Of a stretch of DNA of 64,000 nt, positions 46,469-56,750 are shown one piece after another. The translations under genes were made by a program, and so were the position numbers. Source of the DNA: Lytechinus pictus (lineage: Eukaryota); assembly GCF_037042905.1 (NCBI RefSeq), contig NC_087251.1, positions 41,356,001 to 41,420,000 of the forward strand. Direction: 5' to 3'. Within the stretch, counting starts at the first letter, position 1. Every line of letters starts with the position of its first letter. The notes below the pieces were generated by a model. The model saw only the letters and a list, made by a program, of their open reading frames with translations, made no database searches and was not told the origin of the DNA.

Positions 46469-49123
46469 TAGATTTTCTGCTGGAAGAATTTTTATATGCT
46501 AATTTCATGAACATAATGTGATCCTAAAACAACATTGAATGACTCAATGAATGAAGTGGATATGAAGTAGCGGAAAGCAACCACTCCCAGACAGCTTTCC
46601 TCTGTCCAGCCTTGTTATTCAGTGAAGGAAATAAATGTATTCAATGTCAATAGGATTTCAAAGACATGAGTACACCCCTATGGAGGTCACCCAGACAGGA
46701 AGTTTGCTTTGAGAAACGGCGGAAAGAGATGGAGGAATTGATTTCAGAACATCTGTCTGATTTGGTGAAACAGACTGCTTTTATTAGTAAAGCATGCTTG
46801 AAGCCGATTGTTTTGTTTTTTTATATAAAGGAAACATCAGAGGTACATTGATGGGAAGTTTGGTTGGATTGCTTCCATTTCAAATTTAATATGACAAGGC
46901 ATAACTGTAGCTCATTGTTTGGAGTATAAATGCCCTCTCACTATTATAAACAAACATATTTGCAGTTGAAACTACTAGAGCCCCTAGTTTCACTTGATCA
47001 ATATATGAGAACAAATTTTGTATTTCCCTAAATCATGTTGAATCTACACATTTTCCTTCATCATTTCACCCTATAGATCTTACATGCAGACTTTGTCTAC
47101 AGTGGCAGATCAAGGAGTTTGAAATAGAGGGGGTTTGAAGAGCAAATTTGAATTTAAAAAAAGAGGGGGCACAGATCATGACAGATAATTTTTTTTCTTT
47201 ATAGATCTTTTCTTTATACTTAAAGCTTTTTTTTCTTTATAGAGATAGCTTTATCAAAATGTATGTTAAATGGATGAATATTTAAATATAGAAGGGGGAA
47301 TGCTCCCTCCCCCCTTCCCCCACTGGATCCACCAACTTCTGTATTTGTGTAAATGACCTGCAGCGTCCCAGAGGATAGGAGGGAGGAAGAAGCAATTATT
47401 GGAATGGCTTGCCTGGCTGTCTGTCAGGATGTATTAACTCCTACTGTATCTGGGTATCATGTCTTGTAAGATAATAGCTTAATCCTAGCCATTGCAATAG
47501 TAGTACATCAAGTTAAAGTTGAAAGTAAAGTTGAAAATGATATTTGTGATAAAAGGGGACCACAAAATAGCAATAGCTGCTAATTAATCCAGACAGCCTG
47601 TTTCACTGGTTCATGGCATTATGTAGAAATTTTGAAAAAATACATTTTCTTTACTGATTTATTTTTCACAAAATTCACCAAGTGTGACTCCATACAATCC
47701 TTCAATTTCACTTTAGAACATTTTTATGCAAAGTGCCCCCTTGACAAGCTTGGTCGCTTTGCTTCCTCGCTTTTGAGTTTCTTCAAAAAATTTGTATGTG
47801 TCTATGCCCCCCTCCCCCGAAAAAAAAAGATGATGTTAAAATACTGTATTCGTTGAATACTTAGTTATAATTCTATTTCATTTAGGAAGCCACAGATATT
47901 CTTCAAAATAGTATAGAGACCACCATATCATGAAAGTCTATCATTCTTTGATCTTGTGAAAATACACAACAAGAAAGAAGCTTGAAGGCTATTTATTTCT
48001 TTAATGAATCATTGTTAACTTTATAGAGTCAGAATTTATGTCATGGATTTCCCCCTAATAATCTACCTCTTTCCATAGTGTCATGTAATTCTTTTCTTAT
48101 AGATGACGCTAACTACTTCCATTTCAATTCAATAACATATAAAATTGGAAGAATATCATTTCAAGGTTCTCTTCGGCCCATTAAGATCCTAACCGAACAT
48201 AGCACTTGAAAGAAATATTTTTGCGAACCTTTTGAAAAATTATTCATATAAAAGATAATGATTGTTACAAGATGCATAAATATATTTATAACAATGAACA
48301 TCTATGATATAAAAAGAGTTAATGTTGAGATGGAAGAATAGAAAACAAATAAATATACTATATTGAATTAAACAGTATCAAATTAAGGGAAATCATATGT
48401 ACATTATGCTGTGGCTATAATGTTTTATAGGTATGTGAATATAATTATAGAAAGGCAGACAAAAAAGTTGACATCTTTTGACTGCACTCTTTGAAAATGG
48501 TACATTTATGAGCCTCTTTGAAAACATATCTATTAATAATAATATACCTGTATTATACACTTAGGATACATATATCACATAGGCAGCTTAATGAACTATC
48601 TACTGTTTTCTAATCAAACACAGACCGTATATACATCCCCGTCCTCAGCTGAATATAACACTGATAATCGTTTGTTTCCTTGCGTTTGCTTTCGTTTTAA
48701 CAAATATACGGGTTTGAATTGATAAGGATCATCGTTTGAGCGGGCAAATAAATAGCGATGAAAACAACATGTATATCTTTAAAAAATCATGTAACGAAAC
48801 GGGCATTCTGATTTCAATGGTGAAGGTGTGTATAGGATACACAACTTATTGATGGCTCATATGAAATCTGAAAGTGTTGGCAAATTATTGGTTCACATTG
48901 GAAGATTGCAACCCTCTGAATACCCTCAATCAAAAAGTCTAAATCACGAACGTTTAGACGGTAAATCCGTTTCTACATGGTGCTGGAACCTCCTTGATCG
49001 CCAGAAATAGAAGATTGTAGAGATACCAGCTCAGCATTCTGTTAATCCAATCACTTTCCATTGTACTAAACAGACTACAAGTACATCATGCACCCCCACC
49101 ACGCCCCTATCCTACACCCCTAT

Positions 49124-49342
49124 TCAACAGCCAGAGCGCTGGGCAACCATGTTGGTAGCGCAGGTACGGGGAAGGTCCAACCCTCGATGTATAAAGTTCA
49201 CCAGATCGTTACAACCGGGGCAGCAGGGTGGGAACGCGCAGAAGATGGCGTAAAGGATGCCGCACAGGAGACCGATCGGCCAGCCAATCACGAGGAGGAG
49301 GATGATCCAAATAATGCTCCATAACCAGCCGCAGTTTGCCAT
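49124..49342 (-). CDS. Uncharacterised 72-aa hydrophobic Cys-rich membrane microprotein, paralogue 1
   Basis: Single coding exon, accATGG Kozak context, upstream acceptor (ttttttcttacatgcacaccag, exon from 49416), 26/68 ungapped identities by hand count with 56523..56750. Confidence 0.85.
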   Translation of the reverse strand: MANCGWLWSIIWIILLLVIGWPIGLLCGILYAIFCAFPPCCPGCNDLVNFIHRGLDLPRTCATNMVAQRSGC

Positions 49343-49460
49343 GGTAACCAGATGAGAATGATGTCACAACGATTGGATGATGCCAATGGGATTCAGCTTG
49401 TTGTTATGGATGTTGTCTGGTGTGCATGTAAGAAAAAAATAAAGATGGTTAAAATTGTTT

Positions 49461-49612
49461 CAGGGGCTGCAGAAGAGGGGAGAGGGGGGGGGGGCTTCAG
49501 CCCCCCAACTTTTTTCCAAAACCGTGTACAAAAACATAAAAATTACCATACGATTGTGATTTTTTGGATGGTCAGCCCCCCCCCCACTTTGAAAACCGTT
49601 CCGCGGCCCCTG
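49461..49612. mobile_element. Small CAGGGGC...GCCCCTG MITE; inverted relative at about 62303-62508
   Basis: caggggctgcagaa / ttccgcggcccctg termini; tttgaaa...ccc and cgtt(t)ccgcggc segments are shared with the 62.3-62.5 kb copy. Confidence 0.65.
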
Positions 49613-50156
49613 TGTTTTAAAACGATATTGATTTAAATGCACTGTGCGAATGCATGAACAAAAATTAAAAGGGAAGCCCGGCCACTCACTCCACTCTTTC
49701 CCAGCTCGCCCCTAAATATATATCTTACAGTTTCATATATTGGCTTCAATGATAACAAAATAGAGATCTGAAATGAGGTTGTTGTTTTTTTTGCCAATAA
49801 ACAAAAAATACAATAGATACTTTTCAATACTTTATTTTGGCAAATAATATGAACTGTCAGCACCAATTTGCTATCTTGGTTGCTTGCATTTATCTAATTT
49901 CTTTCAATGTATATATATATATATTGAACGAAATTAGATAAATGCAAACAACCTTTGGCAACTTTCTTGTAAATAATAAACAGACTAAAAGAAAGGAAAA
50001 TGTCCCGCCTCCTGGGTCTAGTGGTTAAGGCATTGGCGTTCAGAGGCAGGGACCCCGGTTCAATTCAGAATATGGATGACCGCTCTAAGGGACCTTGAGT
50101 GAAACTGTGCACTATTATCCTCTCATTTTCATTTCTTTCACTATATATATATATAT

Positions 50157-50598
50157 ATATTGTAAAGAAATGAATGAAGAGAACAATGGTAGGCGTAGCT
50201 TAAATCAAGGTTCCCCAGAGCTATCTACCCTTTGGAAAAATTGGTGATGCCGAAAAAATGTCTCTGCCGGGAATCGAACCCGGGCCCCCAGCTTTGAACG
50301 CCGGTGCCTTAATCCAGCTGAGGCATGGCCACCTTCCCCGACAAAGGAAATTATAATTGGTATAGTGTCGAAAATATGTCTATCTGACGGTCAATCGGAT
50401 CAGGGTCGCCCTAGCCACTAACCCGTCTCTGTGGTCTAGTGGTTAAGGCACCGGCGTTCAAAGCTGGGGGCCCGGGTTCGATTCCCGGCAGAGACATTTT
50501 TTCGGCATCACCAATTTTTCCAAAGGGTAGATAGCTCTGGGGAACCTTGATTTAAGCTACGCCTACCATTGTTCTCTTCATTCATTTCTTTACAATAT
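50157..50598. repeat. Perfect 156-bp inverted repeat (50157-50312 / 50443-50598) containing tRNA-like sequence
   Basis: The arms are exact reverse complements by eye, with a 130-bp spacer; the left arm abuts a (TA)n tract. Confidence 0.93.
50425..50496 (+). tRNA. tRNA-like gene with anticodon TCA (opal-suppressor-like; probably repeat-borne, function unproven)
   Basis: Acceptor GTCTCTG/CAGAGAC plus A73; D stem GTCT/AGGC with loop AGTGGTTA; anticodon stem CCGGC/GCTGG with loop GT-TCA-AA; 4-nt variable loop; T stem CCGGG/CCCGG with loop TTCGATT; TTTTTT at 50497-50502. Confidence 0.6.
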
Positions 50599-53500
50599 TT
50601 AAAATAAAAAGAGTTGCCAAAGCTGTTGTACATGTATAACTTCACACATTCATATATATATATATGGTTGATAATTGCATGTGTAATGTAATTCTTGCCC
50701 TCTTCTCTCTATCCCTTCCCAAGTGAGTAAAAAAAAACATTTTCAAACATCCCCATGCATAATGCATTATACACACATGCCTGAAACCAAAACTACTCAA
50801 GTAAATTGCTCCCACTCTCTCCTGGCCAGACCCTGTCATCATCATATAGTCTCTCATTTTAAGGTCAAGTTATGACTCACATATACTCAAGTATCATCAT
50901 CAAGCGATGTATACAGCCATGCAGACAAAGAGTCCCATCCTTTGTAGGAATATATATTAACACCTAGACCTTTACCATCTCATGCAAAGTCAGATTATGA
51001 TTGTGCTTTACTTTTAGGCCTAAGGTATACATAAGAATTAACTTGATTGAAATGATGGAAGATTTTCTTGCTCTGTCCTTGTCAAAATGAAAATATCTTA
51101 AAACATGAGGTATTATCATTTAGCAAATTACCAATACCTGATTATTGCATAAAATTAATGTTGAGTTTGTCTATTACTAGTATATAATCATTCATTCATT
51201 AAACTTAAATTTGTATAAAGCTCCACAGGGATAATAACTTATTGAATACATAGGCATCTATAATCTCAATGCTTCAATATAGAATATCAATTTGAAAACA
51301 AGTGAATAGAAACGATTAAATAGCAGATATATAAGAAGTGATATATATATATCTGCCTTTTAAAAATTCCACTGGCACATGTGGTAATTGATTCTGTGTC
51401 AGAAATATCCTTCCATTGAAAAACAAAATTACTGTGATATTATATTCCCCCAAGCAATGACACAAGATATAACGTATTCCCTACTACAGCAACTGGTCTG
51501 AGTGGAGAAAAGGGTGTGGTACGTTCTAAACTCTCCACCACATGGAAGCGACATTCATGCGAGTTTTCCCGGGCGGGGAGAGTATGCCAGAGAAAGAGCG
51601 CGATGGCGCGGGAAGCAAAAAATACATACACCAAAGCGAAACACACACGAAACCATGCACTTACCACGCACAGCCTTTGAATGAAGTAATCCAAATAAAA
51701 CCTTTCTAGCTTTCCAAAACTCTCAGCAACAATCGAACTGATTGAATAAAATCAGAGAGGTGAAACGAAGAGCAATGGTGTTCGCCTCCAACTGTAAGTT
51801 CTTGAATGGATGTGTTTGACTGGTGATGACAATAAAGCAATTAACCCCTAGACGTAGGCTACTTGCTGAACCAGATGCGGACTCTCTCTCGATTGCTCAG
51901 ATCGTCAGATGATCATCCGAGGGTACTCTCTTCATCTGTTAGATCGGTTGAGAGATTAAAGGGAAGTAGAAATTGCTTCCTACAATAGACTGTATACCGG
52001 GAAGAGCTGCAAGGATTTAGTAAAAGACTTTTTATGATTACTTGCAGCACTTTCATAATTATTTGAAAACGTTCATCATTCCCTCTCTATAGGCCTAGTA
52101 TTTTTCCCCAAAGATGATTCTCTGATTTTAAAAAGTTCTGAACCAATACAATAGTTCTTAATCAAAATTATCAGGGCAATATTTTCCATGATTGAACAGA
52201 GAATTATCGATTACTTAAATGTACATTAACAATTTCAAGGCCAGGGTTTGGGTAGCTGTATATGATTATTACTGAACTTATTTGATTTGACTTGCTTGTT
52301 TTTCGGAGTAATGAAATGGAAAACGATACTCAAAATCAATCAAATAAAGCAGGATGGTATAAGTTTAAAATTATTTATAACATCACAAAGTGAACTTTGC
52401 TCTGTTTGAACTACCGTATATTGCATATTTCACAAACAGAAGCATAGTGGATTCAGGAGGGGCGTGCCTCCCTATTTTATTTCATTTTTTTTTTGGCCTG
52501 AAATTTAAGTAGAGCCTCTGACTAAGTATATGCCTCCCCTTTTTAAGTGGCAGGCCTGAGCTTTTTAATTTCCCTTTTCTGTTTTTAGCGAGAAGCTTTC
52601 ATCCGGGCCTGTGCTTTTGGAATTGTCAGAAAATGGGTCTATATAGTCCCGGTCTCGATCTTCCCCGGCCTGTTTAAAAGAAGAAAAAAGTGCGAACTCT
52701 TCTTTTAGTAAGATTCAACTGTTTTCTGACACTGATATCTGAAATAACATATCTTGCCACCTTGGGATCACGAGTCTAGGTCAAGAGTTGGATAGCAAGG
52801 TGTCGTGTTTTACTAGAAACACAGCATTCTACGGTAGTGAATAGCGTGGGTTTACTATATTGCTTTCATTGTCATTGTCATGATGTTTGCACTATGATAA
52901 ACATTCGCGGGTATATTTTGTATAGGTCCTTGGAGAGTGATGTAGGCCTACTGATACTCAAACACTTCATGATTAGTATGGTGGATAGATACGACATATG
53001 TTTGCAAACTTTTCATCCCCGTTTTCATCACGAAAGTCGAAATGAGAGAAATATATGATATACCGCTAGTACGTGGCACCATGCAGAGAGAGGGGGGGGG
53101 GGCATGGGGCAAACAAACATCCCACCCCTCCTCACTTTCCTTTCCAGCTTCATGCAGATTGCAGAATTACGATTTTTTTGCTTTGCTGTCCACACGAAAT
53201 TTTGTTCATATCCACCCCATTTCCTCCCCATTCCCCCGGCCCCCTCCCCTTTTCATACCAAAAACATTAAAACTCCTTGTGCTACAAATGTATTCACTTA
53301 AAATAAATACAGGCCGACACCTGATTCTGGCAAAACACAATAAAACTAATGCAAAGATCTTAGTTAATTTTTTTTTGGGGGTATTCATATTTTTCAAAAA
53401 TTATTTTTATAAGAAAATATCTCTTTCAAACAGCAAAATATGTATATTTCCTCCCGTTGAAGGTCTACCCTCCCCCGCCCCCCCCCCCACAAAAAAGAGG

Positions 53501-54174
53501 GGGAGGAGAAAATGAATTGAATAATGATAAATAAAATTCTCCTCTAAAATAACTCTTTTCCAAGAACCCCAAATCTCCTGTTCAATTTTCTATTCAGATC
53601 CCCAATGTAATTAACATCGTTCCTTTAAGACAATAACGAGTTCTGTCAACTTCCTCGATAAATCAATGTATATTTTCCTTATATTTTGTCCAGGATATTG
53701 TGGTAGACCATTAAGTTGTCATGGGAACAATATTTCTTACAATCTGGAAATTTAATTATAATGAAAGGACAGAGGAAATTCATTATTGAATCATAAAGAG
53801 TTCCATAACCTCAATATCATGGATTTCTTGTGTGATTGTGAGACATAAATTTATTAATAAATGATGACGTGACAATGAGTGCCGTCATATCTAATAATAC
53901 ATCATAACATGAAATTAATTCAATGTAATGGTGTAAAATAAGGAATTTAAAAATAGCATATATAGCTTGACAGAAATGGCATGAATGCTATAAGGATTTA
54001 ATTTATAACAGTTTTATGATTTTGAGGTCTCATATCAATCTGATCAATAATAATATATTATATATAATTATATGGATTCGAATCTTGTTTGATTTGTTTT
54101 CTTACAGTCAACCATGCAGTGGATTAAAGGTTTTGAGGGCCATACCTCGATACCCCACCCTTCCCCATCCATTT

Positions 54175-54248
54175 ATCTCTCCCTCTCTCATCATTTTGTT
54201 TTCTCTCTCTCCCTCTCTCATCATTTTGTTTTCTCTCTCTCCCTCTCC
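54175..54248. repeat. 30-bp direct tandem repeat (about 2.4 copies)
   Basis: tctctccctctctcatcattttgttttctc repeated in tandem. Confidence 0.85.
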
Positions 54249-56522
54249 ACAATGTCAACATCTCTCTCAACGTATACCATCCCCTCTCGATTCTGTATCG
54301 TCGTCGATCGCGCCATTCCTTGTCTTTCCCCTCGCTGCCATCTTTCGGGTTTTATTTCCCTCTTGAAATTTTAAGCTCTTATTTCTATTATCAAGCGAAT
54401 ACTGGGCAAAACAATAATGATGACAATTAGATCAAATTTTAATGAATTTTGTATAGAGGGATTGTAGCATTTTTCCCATGACCTTTTGATTCGACGGTAT
54501 ACACGTATATCCTACAATAATCTATGTTGGTCTGCTGAGGTGTGTTAGACGGTGGGGGGATGAATCATATCATTTACAACCTGAATGACCCATTTTAGTC
54601 AGATAAGAATTAGGACGAATTCACATTATAATATAACTTTCAAATCAATAATCATTTTATTCAAAATCATGATATTAACAAATTGAAACATATCGTACAC
54701 CATAATTTATTTCATGCGATAGAGGGCAGTCAGTTTCAAACACTATCACCACTCACGGTTACCAATAGTGATCAGTGACCATTAATTCATCGTAGTCTAT
54801 ACAGGTACATACCCTTGCATGGTCTTCGCACGATAATACAGGGTGTGAAGTAGGAGACTACATATTCACCCATGAAAGGTGTTTGCTTCTATACAGACAG
54901 AGCGTTTGGGGTCTAGTCTCCATCCTAGACACGGCATACTTTGTTAAAGTGTCTAATATGAGACTGTGCTTACAGACTACACTAACGTTCGATCTATCAC
55001 CACTGGCGATTGATAACACGTTCCATTGGCATTGGCGATAAAACGTCTGAAACACGTGAAGAGGAATGGTAACATGTCAGTTTATATATGAACATGATTA
55101 TATGTGTATAATACAATACATATTTTGACCTGTGTGTATAATTCAGAACATAATAATGTTCCAACCATGCCAACTGAACCCCCCCCCCCAAAAAAAAAAA
55201 ATAGTAATAATAATAATGAAAATACCAGCAGAACCTACAATGGCGATAGGATTCCACTGATACAAACTGCATGTTATCGACAAACTGTTGTATTACAGAC
55301 TGAAACCAATACTAGTACCTGATACCAGTGTGAGACCCTAAAATTCACCCGTTTGATGTGAAAGAAATTAAAGAAAATGAAAATACCTGAACTAAAATAG
55401 GGCCTATATAAAAGCAGTGAAATGTATCTGTAGGCTATATATTTAAGCATTCATCTTTTAGCTTTTGTTTTTTGTCATTCTCTTTTTCTAGTCATATTAT
55501 TGACTTTGAAATAGACCCCCAAAACAAAATATTTGGTATGAACCACGTGTACTGTATACCTACAATGATATCTATACATGAAATCACGAATAAAAACTTA
55601 TTATGTATACTATACAACATAATATAACTTAGGCGAACTATATGAGATGGAAACAAACATAATTATCAAAAATTTACAAAATGAGGTAAGACTATATAAA
55701 AGAAGGCAGACCATTTTGATGTCAATAATGATCTTATATACTAAGTATAATAACAGTGTACATAAATATGTGCACTGTCTGATTTTCCTCACATTTTCAT
55801 TACGAATATTAATGAGAATAAATTTACTTTATGACATCTAGAAAATCAATTAATTATGATCCACGCACTGATATGACGATAAAGTTCATTATGAATTTAT
55901 GATTGAAAACAGGAAAACATATTCAGACAGGAAATATAATAAGCAATGGACCGGCTCTGGTGTTTAAAAAATACAAATAGATTTGAGAAGTATCATGTGA
56001 CGGGAATGAATACAATATTATATCAGCAGGAATATATGCATACAACAGATACAACCTTCAAAAAACAAATTAATGGTTCTGTAAAGAATTCTTAATATTT
56101 AAAAATTCCATTAAAAGTTTCATCGGTGAATCAGTAAGGATTTTAAAGACCCTCTTCAGAGCTTTAAGTCGTTTTAAGGCTCTTTAGATGATATTTTTAA
56201 GTGCCAATAGTTGATTACAGTATAACATTCTCTAGGGAATGTGTGAGGAAAATGAGGACATTAAACTATTCACTCCCCCAACTAAATCAGCATTTTCATG
56301 AATTATTATTCATTACAATTAATCAATATAATCAAAATGACTACAATTGTAAAAATATTAATATCAAAACAAAATTATCGGCATTGGAGTAATTTGCCGA
56401 AGGAATCTTGAGGGCAAATCAAATGGCTGCAACTAGGGTGAAAGCCTGGACGATGTTGAATTCCAAAGTCTTTTTGCATACTATGACTCTCATGAGCGCA
56501 TCTCGGATGATGACATATAGTT

Positions 56523-56750
56523 TCAACCGCACACTGGTTTCTGGCCAACCATCCCCTCCGCACAGGTTTGAGGTAGCATTACCAGTTTTTGTAAGAGTTC
56601 CATGATGTCTTTGCAGAAGCTAATACACACACCAAACGGCATGATGCATACCCACAACCAGGCTACAAAGAAACCGATGGGCCAACCAAAGAAGATGAGA
56701 ATGATGAACCAGACGATTGCCCACAGAATACCTGCTCCTCCTCCAGCCAT
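56523..56750 (-). CDS. Uncharacterised 75-aa hydrophobic Cys-rich membrane microprotein, paralogue 2
   Basis: Single coding exon, accATGG Kozak context, upstream acceptor ggctttcag (exon from 56825). Conserved pattern LWxIxW...GWPIG...FxxCxxxCxD...LPxTCAxxMVxQxxxC shared with 49124..49342. Confidence 0.87.
   Translation of the reverse strand: MAGGGAGILWAIVWFIILIFFGWPIGFFVAWLWVCIMPFGVCISFCKDIMELLQKLVMLPQTCAEGMVGQKPVCG

Noticed and set aside
43500..48800. A third microprotein paralogue or another coding gene
   Set aside because: No GWP/LPxTCA-type ORF or convincing exon chain was seen. The region looks like AT-rich UTR or intergenic DNA with MITEs, though a non-coding transcript cannot be excluded.
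49000..49126. Selenocysteine readthrough of microprotein 1 (ends S-G-C-UGA, resembling a GCU motif); both paralogues end in UGA
   Set aside because: The sequences after UGA are not conserved between paralogues (IGV* versus NYMSSSEMRS*). The nearby ATGA-stem is too short, too close to the UGA and lacks the apical AA of a SECIS. A SECISearch run on the full 3' UTRs would settle it.
50425..50496. Canonical tRNA-Sec gene
   Set aside because: It has only 72 nt, a 4-nt variable loop and a 7/5 fold; it lacks the long variable arm and 9/4 fold of eukaryotic tRNA-Sec.
53042..53515. 157-aa ORF, and similar ORFs at 57044-57442 and 60266-60788
   Set aside because: They are driven by poly-G/poly-C repeat fragments, with no domain, splice structure or coding-like composition.
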